Positions 28,901 through 37,423 of a DNA stretch of 64,000 nucleotides are shown one piece after another. The translations under genes were made by a program, and so were the position numbers. The notes below the pieces were generated by a model that did not search any database, was not told the origin of the DNA, and saw only the letters and a list, made by a program, of their open reading frames with translations. Source of the stretch: Hyphomicrobiales bacterium (GTDB lineage Bacteria > Pseudomonadota > Alphaproteobacteria > Rhizobiales > Aestuariivirgaceae); NCBI GenBank assembly GCA_025359265.1, contig JANYHB010000035.1:58084-122083 (forward strand), given 5' to 3'. Within the stretch, counting starts at the first letter, position 1. Every line of letters starts with the position of its first letter.

Positions 28901-29858
28901 CATTGCTGCGGCTGACAACACGCGCTGCACTGCGCGTTTGGCCGCTGACGCTCCACGTTCCACCGGTTGTCATTTTGGCGGAATCATCAACACCCGGCAT
29001 CAGTTGGGCTGAGGCACAGCGCAAATCATTGGCGAACCATGAAACCACCAGTGATGCCATGCCCGCGTTGGGGCAGCTCCGTTGCAGCTGATCCATGGAA
29101 ACCGAAAAGTCGCTGCGCACGGCGCTCACATGGGTATTCTCACTGAGCGTCACACCCGGCCCACCGTTGCGCGTCACCAAGTTTGTGTCGTAACCAAACT
29201 CGGTTGCACCAGGAATAATGTTAACCGCGCGCACCAGCGAAGCCGTATCATTGCCCTTGGTAAAAATTTCGAAGGATAGTTGCGGCAAGCGATTGCCGAA
29301 CGAGGCCAACGGTAAACGTTCAAACACCAGATAGGCCAATCCGCGATAGGCGGGTGCTGAGTCCGCGCCCTCAATGGCGCTAATCAAACTGTCGGCGGTT
29401 TGGGATTCGCTGCCCGTGTATATGCGTGGCGTGTAAGTGGAAAGATCAATCTCCTTGCCATCCGCCCAACAGCGGCCAAGGCCTTGTATCGGCCCTTCGC
29501 ACAGCCCCACTGCAAAATTTGCGTAATAACCGTATTGCGTGTTGGTGTTTTGCGGCCCGATGCCTTTGCCGCCTTGTGTTGTGGTTGCGGCCACTTCCAA
29601 TATATTCGTGGCCCAAATCACCTGGCCGGCAATGCGCATGCGTCCATAAACCACCGGAACAGCGGCACCTTCTTGCGAGGCCATCACCGATAAGCTGTTA
29701 ATGCACGGGCCTTCGCGGTGTGTTGGCGTGCCGAATATGGCTTGATCAACCACCGCACCGGCAAGGCCGCCAACCGCGCGGCCAATGATGCCGCCAATGG
29801 GGCCTCCCAGCAGCGTGCCCAAGGCAGCGCCAGCATATTGTAAAACCACTGTTGCCAT
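25989..29858 (-). CDS. GTA baseplate/megatron protein (RcGTA g15-like, GTA TIM-barrel)
   Basis: 1289 aa; PAYRGLAYLVFE, YAADWSEY, GIDNYFPLSDWRDG, WFTEIGC. Confidence 0.93.
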   Translation of the reverse strand: MATVVLQYAGAALGTLLGGPIGGIIGRAVGGLAGAVVDQAIFGTPTHREGPCINSLSVMASQEGAAVPVVYGRMRIAGQVIWATNILEVAATTTQGGKGIGPQNTNTQYGYYANFAVGLCEGPIQGLGRCWADGKEIDLSTYTPRIYTGSESQTADSLISAIEGADSAPAYRGLAYLVFERLPLASFGNRLPQLSFEIFTKGNDTASLVRAVNIIPGATEFGYDTNLVTRNGGPGVTLSENTHVSAVRSDFSVSMDQLQRSCPNAGMASLVVSWFANDLRCASAQLMPGVDDSAKMTTGGTWSVSGQTRSAARVVSRSNGNAAYGGTPSDASVIHAIQDLRARGLKVMFYPFILMDIPSGNALPDPYGAAAQAAYPWRGRITASKAPGLSGTPDKTSALATEIASFVGTATAAQFVNGLDTVTFAGSEWSYRRMILHYAKLCALAGGVDAFLIGSELRGLTTLRSAAGTFPFVAALQTLAADVKSILPAAKISYAADWSEYFGYQPSDGSGDVYFHLDPLWSSLNVDFVGIDNYFPLSDWRDGTAHLDYIAGTRSIYDRTYLQSRIAGGELYDWYYANQAARDAQLRRPITDGAYNKPWVFRPKDLKSWWSNAHFNRPSGVESATASSWIAQSKPIWFTEIGCAAIDKGTNQPNVFVDPKSAESTVPYYSGAQSDTQIQLAFIRASLDYWNVGPAQNPISALYGAPMLDVSRTSIWCWDARPYPAFPARSDVWGDAGNYARGHWLNGRVGSLDLASVISAIAARFSLTDCDVSAVEGLIDGYVLDKQMSAREALETVLNVYGINAVESVGQLKFTSRQRTASISVPPTDLIDDAKASALITMHRAQETDLPVAVHLAYMESGLDYRQAAVAQWRSATSSKNEIGINFAVAIPQNQAQARADYLLADAWAARTTAQFALPPHWEAIEPGDIVQINADRWRIKSILAGATRKIEAVAQDNAVIDGPSGVTRPITTPMPAIYGPAEVVMMDLALADSSNAAAPRLAVQATPWPGSDAIFKKTGAASFAFNQLINQAATVGSTLTALNAGLTGRVDFNQTLDVQLRSGTFSSIDRDALLSGGNALAIGTGANGFEIVQFQNATLIAANTYRLSGLLRAQAGSEPEMLSTRPSGQTAVLLNAALTQPAMTVSEAGQGATWRIGPSQVDYGNSAYVEIVYPGGLRALRPLPPTYLQVKKDPAGLIISWIRRTRVDGDSWEVAEVPLSETLESYRLDIVKAGVVKRSIQTATPSYVYLAADILTDFGAGPIALTARVSQTSQVFGQGAILERTMNA

Positions 29859-30292
29859 TATTTTATCTCAGTCGGAAATCGATAAGCAAAGGCCAATCAC
29901 GAAAGCCACCAATGCGCCAGCGGCACTTCACTCACGGCCACACCCTCTTGCGCGTGGATCATGGTGGAACGGCTCGTTGCTATGCCTGCGTGCTTGGCGG
30001 GAAGATGTGGCTTCCAACGGAACAACAACACATCGCCCGCTTCAAAAACCAATGGCGGAATCTCAATTAAATGCCTTCGACCCGCATCAGCCAACGTTTC
30101 TTCCAAGCCAGCCTCGGCCCAATCAGGCGCATAGGCGGGTGGCACCTCTGGTTCGGCTCCCAAGGCTTCGCGCCAAATTCCGCGCACCAGGCCCAGGCAA
30201 TCGCAGCCCATGCCTTTTAAACTCGCTTGGTGTTGATAAGGCGTGCCAAGCCATCCTCTGGCCAGGTCAATGATTGAAGGTTTTATCATCAT
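29858..30292 (-). CDS. GTA NlpC/P60 peptidase (g14-like) with an in-frame TGA at 29897-29899
   Basis: WLGTPYQHQAS, GCDCLGLVRG, KHAGI; the frame continues after the TGA as LAFAYRFPTEIK to a TAA overlapping the g15 ATG. Confidence 0.85.
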
Positions 30293-31167
30293 CAGCGTTT
30301 CAAGCCGTTGTTGTTTGGGTCGCTCTTGGCGGCAACACTCGCCACAAAATCATTGCCCGGCATATGCGGGAAGCCGCGAAAATTAACCGCGTTGGAAAAC
30401 TTGGCACGGCAGGTTTCAATCTGCTTGTCGCAGCCTGCGACCAAGCTAACTTGCTCGCCCACAGCCACGCTGAATTTGGGAGACATCCACAATTCAATGC
30501 GAACCGGTGCGCCGGAGCGGTGCCGCTTGATATCAACTTGCCTGCCGATGTTCGGCGCACTTAAAAATCGCAGCGTACCCTTGCTGAACCAGTCATCGGC
30601 AAAGGCACTTAGGCCGCTGACGTCAAAACCACTTTCACGCACGGCGGAAAGCGTTGCCGTTGCCGTAAAGTTCGAACTGTTCACGCCACAGCGCGCATCA
30701 CCCAGCAAAGCATCACAACCGTGATGATAAAGCCGGCCTTTTTTCTGGTTCATCAAATGCGCCAGCCCACGCACCTCGGCTTTGAAAGCGCCCTGGCCAA
30801 AAGTCACTTCCCCCAAATGGCCTTTGCGTTCCAGCGTGCGCTGCGTGGCATCTTGCCAATTCACTTTCCACACTTCAATTTGCGCGTGGTCAAAATCTCC
30901 CGATGCAATCGGGCTTTCTGAAAGTTTGCCTGAACTCAAAGCACCTGAGGCTTCAAGATTGTCGACACTTAAGCCCAGGGACGATTGAATTTCAGTTGCA
31001 CTAAATCCGGCCTGTGCTTCAAAGGATGTACCATCAAAAATCACCGCAACATCGTGATCCGTAAAGCCCAGTTTCTCGCCCGTGGCCAAGGTCAAACGCC
31101 AGCAATAACAAAGCGTTGTAAGCCCCGTTTGAAGGTGTGCTTGAAGGGCAGGATCAAGCACTCTCAC
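30292..31167 (-). CDS. GTA baseplate hub protein (DUF2163, g13-like)
   Basis: LGFTDHD, CDALLGDARCG, GCDKQIETCRAKFSNAVNFRGFPHMPG. Confidence 0.93.
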   Translation of the reverse strand: MRVLDPALQAHLQTGLTTLCYCWRLTLATGEKLGFTDHDVAVIFDGTSFEAQAGFSATEIQSSLGLSVDNLEASGALSSGKLSESPIASGDFDHAQIEVWKVNWQDATQRTLERKGHLGEVTFGQGAFKAEVRGLAHLMNQKKGRLYHHGCDALLGDARCGVNSSNFTATATLSAVRESGFDVSGLSAFADDWFSKGTLRFLSAPNIGRQVDIKRHRSGAPVRIELWMSPKFSVAVGEQVSLVAGCDKQIETCRAKFSNAVNFRGFPHMPGNDFVASVAAKSDPNNNGLKR

Positions 31168-31790
31168 AGCCGCACCTCAATCAAGGGGATGGACGGAATA
31201 TCGCCCGCTGCAAAATGGGCCAGATTGATTTTGATCTCGTCGGTATCAAACCGCACCGGCACATCAAATTCAAAACCCGCCGCGATCACCGCGCCATTGG
31301 GCGGAATGCTTCCAGCGTTAAAGGTTATCAATCCCGTGGTCACATCCACGCTGAACTGCGTTGTCGCAACGCCGTTCAGGCTCACTAACAAGGTGCCTGC
31401 AACAGGTGCCGTCACAGGCCGTGCCCACGGGCGCGCTGTGCCGTAATTTTTCACCAGTTGAAAGACGGCCGTTACACCATCCCCAGCACCCAGCACTTGA
31501 TCAATGGCGCTCGGCGTTTGCGATGGCTTGCAAGATTTCCAATCGGTATGATCTTTGAACCGAAACGCATAGAGCTTGCCGCGCCGCTCTTCGAAAAAGG
31601 CCACAACGGCGTGAATGTCGTCCAGTGATTTAACACCATAGCCCGCGTTATATTTGCGCCGTGAATTGGCCCAGCGGGCATTGCGTTCTTCGCGGCCTGA
31701 TGCGGTCATCACCACATCAGTGCGCCGCTCTGGTCCACCGGCCAACCCGCGTGAAATGGCCACGGGAAATCTCACATTGTCAAAAGCCAT
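31164..31790 (-). CDS. GTA distal tail protein (DUF2460, g12-like)
   Basis: VRFPVAISRG..GGPERRTDVV, AGFEFDVPVRFDTD. Confidence 0.95.
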   Translation of the reverse strand: MAFDNVRFPVAISRGLAGGPERRTDVVMTASGREERNARWANSRRKYNAGYGVKSLDDIHAVVAFFEERRGKLYAFRFKDHTDWKSCKPSQTPSAIDQVLGAGDGVTAVFQLVKNYGTARPWARPVTAPVAGTLLVSLNGVATTQFSVDVTTGLITFNAGSIPPNGAVIAAGFEFDVPVRFDTDEIKINLAHFAAGDIPSIPLIEVRL

Positions 31791-31805
31791 ATTACTGGTT
31801 CCCCG

Positions 31806-32345
31806 TCACATATTCCGCTGCGCGCGCAGCAATGCCTGGCTGATCATGGCAGACACCTGGTTTTGGCTTTGTGCAAAACTCTGCACATCAGGTGTGGAGA
31901 TATTCACCGTCACATTCATGCCGCCGCCGCCGCGAATTCCCAGCGAGCCATCAGCGCCGCGTGCCAAAGGCATGATGGCTTCCGGGCCCGCTTCTCCCAT
32001 CAATCCCGTTCCGCCGTTCATGGCAAAAAGTGTTGGTGAATTCACAATGCCACCATCGGCAAAGGGCATAACACTGCCGCCAGAAAATACGTTGCCCTTG
32101 GCGTTGGCGAACAGCCCGCCGATCAATCCTGCCAAAGGCTTCAACGCCGCAGTCAAGGCGGTTTGACTGAGGCTTAACACCATGCCTTTCAAGATGTCAG
32201 AGAGGCTTTTTCCGTGCACCACTGCACTGGCCAGGCCCGTCACCAACTTATTGCTGAAGGTGTCTGCAAGAGTGGAAAGGTCTTCCATCTGGGCTCGCAG
32301 TTCTGCCGCGGTTTGGGAGAGATCAGTGGCTTGATTCTGGTTCAT
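31806..32345 (-). CDS. Short tape measure protein (g11-like)
   Basis: 179 aa; FADGGIV, GLMGEAGPEAIMPLARGADGSLG. Confidence 0.9.
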   Translation of the reverse strand: MNQNQATDLSQTAAELRAQMEDLSTLADTFSNKLVTGLASAVVHGKSLSDILKGMVLSLSQTALTAALKPLAGLIGGLFANAKGNVFSGGSVMPFADGGIVNSPTLFAMNGGTGLMGEAGPEAIMPLARGADGSLGIRGGGGMNVTVNISTPDVQSFAQSQNQVSAMISQALLRAQRNM

Positions 32346-32523
32346 CGGGGAATAAATCCATCAGGGTTAAAAGGTTCTGGCGCAGCATGGGTTGGGGAGG
32401 GGCACCCATTGCCGCAGCAAGTTCACGCGGCGTGCTGCGCCAGAATTCAGCGGGGGCCAGATGCAATCGGTCAAAGCCAATGTGCATCATGCGCGCCCAG
32501 GGAAATTTTTGGGGTTCGCTCAT
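32323..32523 (-). CDS. Tail assembly chaperone (rcc01693/g10.1-like)
   Basis: FPWARMMHIG...FWRSTPREL...LMDLFPD. Confidence 0.88.
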   Translation of the reverse strand: MSEPQKFPWARMMHIGFDRLHLAPAEFWRSTPRELAAAMGAPPQPMLRQNLLTLMDLFPDEPESSH

Positions 32524-32828
32524 GCGGCAAACGTTGCCTTCAATAAATCCGCAACAATGCGCAGGAAGCCTGCAGCACCGCCCGCCACAGAAAGGCGCGC
32601 AACGTCCTCGTTCGTCAGAGTTGCACCGGCACCGCGCAGGCCAGCGCCAATCATCAAAATGGCATCGCTCGCCTTAATGCGCCCGCTTTCAAAACGCTCA
32701 GCAATGGCGATCATGTCTTCGCCGCCGTAAGCGTCTTCAATTTCGGCCAGCGCCCCAAGGGTGAGCACGAGTGTATAGTTCTGCCGGCCTAGTTCAGCTT
32801 CAATTTCACCACGATGTCTGTTGGCCAT
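32520..32828 (-). CDS. GTA-gp10 family tail chaperone
   Basis: MANRHRGEI...LTLGALAEIE. Confidence 0.92.
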   Translation of the reverse strand: MANRHRGEIEAELGRQNYTLVLTLGALAEIEDAYGGEDMIAIAERFESGRIKASDAILMIGAGLRGAGATLTNEDVARLSVAGGAAGFLRIVADLLKATFAA

Positions 32829-32891
32829 GCTACTTTTCCTGTAATCAAGCATTCTCGAAATCGCACTATTCCGCGCAAGCGGTGTGTCAGC

Positions 32892-33299
32892 TCAAGCAAA
32901 AGCGAGCAGGCCAGCGCTAACCAGGCTCAGATCAAACGTCACCTCGCCATCATGCTTGCCACCAAAATCCAGCGAAGCAATTTGAAACGGGCCCGTAACG
33001 GTGCCAAAGGCCGGAATGACAATTTGCCAATTCACAATGTTGCCGTTGAAGAAATAGCCGCGCATGGTGGCGTCAGAAGCAGCGTTCTTGAAAATACCCT
33101 GGCCTTTGATCTGTGCGGATTTCAAACCCGCCCCGGCCAATAATTCTTTCCACGCGCCGGTGGAGTCTTGTGATGAGGCGTCCACCACTTCGGAATTAAA
33201 GGTCAAGGTATTGGCACGCAGCCCGGCCACGGTGATGTAAACGCCAGCGCCGGTTGAATCAACTTTCAGTAAAAGATCTCGGCCCTTTTGTGCGGCCAT
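32892..33299 (-). CDS. Major tail tube protein (g9-like, TP901-1 type)
   Basis: MAAQKGRDLLLKV...WKELLAGAG. Confidence 0.95.
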   Translation of the reverse strand: MAAQKGRDLLLKVDSTGAGVYITVAGLRANTLTFNSEVVDASSQDSTGAWKELLAGAGLKSAQIKGQGIFKNAASDATMRGYFFNGNIVNWQIVIPAFGTVTGPFQIASLDFGGKHDGEVTFDLSLVSAGLLAFA

Positions 33300-33311
33300 G
33301 GCGGTTCTCCA

Positions 33312-33719
33312 TTATTGCGGTTCAGTGGCAGCGCGAAAGCGCATCGTGGCGGTGAAATAGTCGGCGGCTTTCTGGCGCGTTGCGGAAATGAAAACGCACC
33401 GCAAATTCACTAAGTTGTGGCCGTTTAAAATAAGAGCCGCGCCATCAAGTGCTGTTTCAATTTCCTGGATGATGCTCTGCACTTGTGCGCGGCTGCGGCT
33501 TTTGGAATTTACATCCAGAGCCACAAAGGTTTCATGGGCCTTTTGATCGGCCACACTCCAATCGCGGGTTTCAATCGCGCTAAAGGCCACGTTGGGTACC
33601 GTGGCGCCGCGTGGCAGCTCGTCATAAATATGCGCGCCGCCCAATAATGAGGTGAGCGTGGTTCGCGCCGCAAGTGCGGCAAGCATCGCTTGTTGTACGG
33701 CAAGACCGGGTTGGTTCAT
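33312..33719 (-). CDS. Tail terminator (DUF3168, g8-like)
   Basis: 135 aa; AVQQAM.AAL...IYDELPRGA...MRFRAATE. Confidence 0.88.
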   Translation of the reverse strand: MNQPGLAVQQAMLAALAARTTLTSLLGGAHIYDELPRGATVPNVAFSAIETRDWSVADQKAHETFVALDVNSKSRSRAQVQSIIQEIETALDGAALILNGHNLVNLRCVFISATRQKAADYFTATMRFRAATEPQ

Positions 33720-34285
33720 GCCATCCTCGCATTGCGGTAAGCGGCCAAAGCTTCAAGCGCGGTGGCAGGAATAGTGCCGCCTGATGCATCGCCGCGGTTT
33801 TGATACCAATCGGCAACCGTGGCCATAACGGCCAATTTTATTTCTTGCGGAACGAATGTGGCATCCACACCAAAGCCTGCTGTAAAGGATAATTTCAAAC
33901 CGTTGATCGCGCGGGCTGGTTGCGTAAACACCCGGCCTTGCCGAAGCGCAACGCGCGACGGCCGCGTTCCCACATCCAGAAAATAAGCAGTCGGGTCAAT
34001 CGCGGTGGCCGTGTCGTCATCGGCATAAGATGTCAACCCATCAACTGATTGAACGGGCCACAGCGGAATTTTAAAGATCCGATCAATCGGCCAAGCATCA
34101 GCAAACAGTGCCCAGCTTTGCCGCATCAGGCAAAGGCCATAGCGGCTTTCAAGGGCGCGGCGCGCCGCACTGATGAGTGATGTCAGGTAAGCGTCGTCAT
34201 CAGCGATATAGATGCGCAGTTGCGCCTTCACATCGGCCAGCACAACGGGTTCCGCGCTCGGCGGAGTGGTGAGAATGAGAGCCAT
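33716..34285 (-). CDS. Head-tail connector/adaptor (g6-like)
   Basis: TPPSAEPV.LADVKAQLRI...FTAGFG...VPQEIKLAV...ADWYQNR. Confidence 0.9.
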   Translation of the reverse strand: MALILTTPPSAEPVVLADVKAQLRIYIADDDAYLTSLISAARRALESRYGLCLMRQSWALFADAWPIDRIFKIPLWPVQSVDGLTSYADDDTATAIDPTAYFLDVGTRPSRVALRQGRVFTQPARAINGLKLSFTAGFGVDATFVPQEIKLAVMATVADWYQNRGDASGGTIPATALEALAAYRNARMA

Positions 34286-34303
34286 GGCAATTCCTGAGAA
34301 AAG

Positions 34304-34342
34304 GCGAATGGCGAACAAGGGGTTTTCTCACTCGCCACTCGC
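34304..34342 (-). terminator. Hairpin after the capsid gene, possible terminator/attenuator
   Basis: GCGAATGGCGA / TCGCCACTCGC arms (one mismatch); CTTTTCT follows on the minus strand. Confidence 0.4.
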
Positions 34343-34348
34343 GGTTTT

Positions 34349-35551
34349 TTATGACACGTCGAACTTCAACATCTTGATGGCATCGAAATCCTGTATGCCG
34401 CCACCCACGCGCTTGGTTACATAGAAAAGCACGTAAGGCTTGGCCGTATAGGGGTCACGCAAGATGCGCACACCAATCCGGTCAACCACCAAATAGCCGC
34501 GACGGAAATCGCCGAAGGCAATGCCGAAAATGCCGGTCGCAATGTCGGGCATGTATTCGTTTTCCGTCACCGCAAAGCCCATCAACGTGGGCTTGCCATC
34601 GGCAGCCATCGCCGGTTGCCAGATATATTCATTCTGGTTGTCTTTGAATTTGCGGATCTGCGACTGGGTGTTGCGGCTCATCATGAAGCGGCCGTTGGCA
34701 CGGTAACCCGCCTTCACGGCATAAGCCAGATCAAGCAACTTGTCAGATGGCGCAACCGCCGGCCAACCGCCAGCGATACCCGTGGCGATGTAACCGGTGT
34801 TGCCCCAAGCCCAAGACGCTTGTGCCACTTTCGGATAAGTCAGCAAACCTTTGGGTGCGGTAATGCCGTCGCCATTGGTGAAGGCGTTGGTCTCCTGCTC
34901 GCCAAACACCACCTGCACTTCGCGCGCCATCCAATCATCAATGTTGACGATCGAGTCATCCAGCAAAGCCTGCGTTGCCGCCGGCATGGCATAGAGTTCC
35001 ATCGTCTGGAATGACAAGTTGGCCAAGGTGGCCGAGGTGGTTTGGGGCCGCGAGGCCGTTTCACCAATCCATCCGGCTTGATGGCCATTGGTATTGAAGG
35101 GCTTGTTATGCACGAAGGCCGAAACCTGGCGCACGTCACAAAACTCACGAAATGGTGAAGCCTTGGATATCAAACGGCCAATTTCCGCTTCAGTTTCAGG
35201 TGGCACGAGATAGCCACCGTCTTGGCCAGAGCCAATCGACATGGCCTTGGCTTCCATGGTGTTGAGGGCGAAGGTGTCACCCTTGCGCACATAGGCGTCG
35301 AACGCCTTCTTGTGTTCGCTGGGTTCGATCAGCGTTGCCGCCGAAAGCTGTGGGCGGCGCGATTTCAACGTCAGATCATCAATCGCCTTGTTGATGCGAT
35401 CCACCTTTTCAGAGGTGATCACATCGGCACTCTGGCGCTTTTCAATCTGGCCCAAGCGTTCGTCATTGGCATCCTTGAAAGCTTCAAAGGCCACCAATAC
35501 ATCATCATAGTCAGCGGTGGGTGTGGCCACCTTGGTTTCTAAACTATCCAT
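34349..35551 (-). CDS. HK97-fold major capsid protein (g5-like)
   Basis: DGGYLVPPE, IAFGDFRRGYLVVDRIG, RDPYTAKPYVLFYVTKRVGG. Confidence 0.96.
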   Translation of the reverse strand: MDSLETKVATPTADYDDVLVAFEAFKDANDERLGQIEKRQSADVITSEKVDRINKAIDDLTLKSRRPQLSAATLIEPSEHKKAFDAYVRKGDTFALNTMEAKAMSIGSGQDGGYLVPPETEAEIGRLISKASPFREFCDVRQVSAFVHNKPFNTNGHQAGWIGETASRPQTTSATLANLSFQTMELYAMPAATQALLDDSIVNIDDWMAREVQVVFGEQETNAFTNGDGITAPKGLLTYPKVAQASWAWGNTGYIATGIAGGWPAVAPSDKLLDLAYAVKAGYRANGRFMMSRNTQSQIRKFKDNQNEYIWQPAMAADGKPTLMGFAVTENEYMPDIATGIFGIAFGDFRRGYLVVDRIGVRILRDPYTAKPYVLFYVTKRVGGGIQDFDAIKMLKFDVS

Positions 35552-35565
35552 TCAGTCATACTCCA

Positions 35566-36087
35566 TTAGGGTTGGGCGGTTGGTTTTTGAAAATGTGAGT
35601 CTGCCCTTGCCCGGCTGCGAGACTTCACGGCACTCACGCGCGCACCTTGCAACATGGGGAAGGTAACGAGCGATATTTCCCAAAGATCGATGTTGGTCAG
35701 AAGTCTGGCGCCCGTGGCACGATCTTTGCCTGCGCTGACGGTTTTGAACCCGATGGAAAGCCCATCAATCCCGCCGCTTTCCAAGAGTGAAAGCAGCTCA
35801 TGGCCGCGCTGCACATTTTTGTTCAGGCGGCCCATTACATAAAGACCCTTGTCGTTCTCACGCACTTCCAGCCAGCTGCCCACCGGCTCTGCCGGGTCAT
35901 GCTGAAACAACATGCGAATATCTTCGGCCGGTCGTCTTATCAGCGAGGTATGAAACGCCCCGGGCATGACAATATCGCCGGATTGATCACGCTGACCAAA
36001 CAGCGATGCATAGCCAGAAAAAACGCCAGAGCCGGAAGCGGCCGACAAAGGCACCTCCAGCCCGCGCCGTGAAAGACGTGGGGACAT
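35566..36087 (-). CDS. HK97-family prohead protease (g4-like)
   Basis: FSGYASLFG, MLFQHDP, DGLSIGF, LWEISLVTFPM. Confidence 0.95.
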   Translation of the reverse strand: MSPRLSRRGLEVPLSAASGSGVFSGYASLFGQRDQSGDIVMPGAFHTSLIRRPAEDIRMLFQHDPAEPVGSWLEVRENDKGLYVMGRLNKNVQRGHELLSLLESGGIDGLSIGFKTVSAGKDRATGARLLTNIDLWEISLVTFPMLQGARVSAVKSRSRARADSHFQKPTAQP

Positions 36088-36117
36088 GTGATCGATTTCT
36101 CTTTGTATTATTTTGGC

Positions 36118-36203
36118 CGTCATCCCCGCGAAGGCGGGGACCCAGCTCAGTTACAAGTTCTGAATCCAGTCATAGCTGGCCCCCTGCCTTCGCAGGGGTG
36201 ACG
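36118..36203. repeat. REP/RPE-like palindromic element inside the GTA cluster
   Basis: CGTCATCCCCGCGAAGGCGGGGACCCAGCT ... AGCTGGCCCCCTGCCTTCGCAGGGGTGACG, ~30-bp imperfect inverted repeats. Confidence 0.8.
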
Positions 36204-36225
36204 CTGATTAAACGGCAAGCCATGA

Positions 36226-37353
36226 TTACCGATACCCAACCGCTTGCCGCTTCTCGGCATCGGAGAGGAAGGTGGCATTGTTCACGCGCGTCCACAGCGC
36301 GTCGCGGTCGTGGCTGAGGGCTTCAACCTGGTCGAGATCCAGATCCAGCCGCAGGCCATGTTCAAATTGCGTTCCCACAAAGCCACTCAGCGCATCCGTT
36401 ACGCGGCGCACTGTGGGGATCACGGTTTGGCGCCAGAATACCCGGTTGGCTTCGGCAAAATTGGAATAGGTATTGTCACCAGGAATGCCCAACAACATCG
36501 GTGGCACGCCCAGAGCCAAGGCAATTTCGCGCGCTGCATTGTTTTTAGAATTGATGAAATCCATATCCTTGGGCGAAAAGCCCATCTCTTTCCAATCCAA
36601 GCCACCTTCCAACACCATCGGTCTTCCGGCATTGGCAGCACTTTGGAAATTGTCTTGAAGCTCAGACTTGAGGCGGTCGTATTGCTGTGGCGTTAACTGG
36701 CCATCGCCTCCGGAAAATACCAAAGCCCCGGAAGGACGGGCGGCATTATCCAGCATCGCCTTGTTCCAGGCCGCAGCGGCATTATGCGTGTCCAGGCTTT
36801 GGGCCGCCGCTTCCAGCGGTGATAGGCCGTAATAGTCGTCCAGCGGGTTGAACAGCTTAAGGTGCAAAATGTTCTCGGCTGGCAAATTTACAAATGCTCC
36901 GTTCACGGAGTATCTATAATCTTCAACCCACCCTTTGGCGCCGGGGATCACCTGCATCCGGTCTGGCCGCAAGGGCACCAGCTCGCGCGGGGTGCCATCC
37001 AAAGTTTGCACTTCCACATAAGCATTGCCCGCCACCAGAAGATAAGCCGTGATGGTTTCCAACAGTTCGCGCCGCGTCTGCGCCGGATTGGGCTGGGCCA
37101 GCAAATCCAGAAAGGCATGCGTCGCCAGCTCGACGGGCCCTTTATAAAGCAGCAACGGCACCGAAGCGACGGCCTCGGCAATCATCCGCACGCTGCGATA
37201 GGCCACCGCGTTGCCTGAAAATCCGGCGCGGGCAAAGTGTAAATAATTGCGCGGTGCCCAATAAGGTTGGCCCACATTATAGAGGCTAACCAAAGGCAAG
37301 GCGCCCACGGATTTTTTTTCGGGCGTGAAAATGGCTTGCAGTTTTTTAAACAT
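36226..37353 (-). CDS. HK97-family portal protein (g3-like)
   Basis: ILHLKLFNPLDDYYGLSPL, DNAARPSGAL, GVPPMLLGIPGDNTYSN; GGAG RBS. Confidence 0.96.
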   Translation of the reverse strand: MFKKLQAIFTPEKKSVGALPLVSLYNVGQPYWAPRNYLHFARAGFSGNAVAYRSVRMIAEAVASVPLLLYKGPVELATHAFLDLLAQPNPAQTRRELLETITAYLLVAGNAYVEVQTLDGTPRELVPLRPDRMQVIPGAKGWVEDYRYSVNGAFVNLPAENILHLKLFNPLDDYYGLSPLEAAAQSLDTHNAAAAWNKAMLDNAARPSGALVFSGGDGQLTPQQYDRLKSELQDNFQSAANAGRPMVLEGGLDWKEMGFSPKDMDFINSKNNAAREIALALGVPPMLLGIPGDNTYSNFAEANRVFWRQTVIPTVRRVTDALSGFVGTQFEHGLRLDLDLDQVEALSHDRDALWTRVNNATFLSDAEKRQAVGYR

Positions 37354-37423
37354 ATTTGCTCCTGTCCCCTCTCCGGCTAAGTGCAAGGCGTTGCATCGCA
37401 GCCTTGGCGTGGGAAGATAATAA

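Noticed and set aside
29897-29899. Selenocysteine as the explanation for the g14 TGA
   Set aside because: The position corresponds to a non-catalytic, probably Arg residue; no SECIS-like hairpin or sel genes recognised
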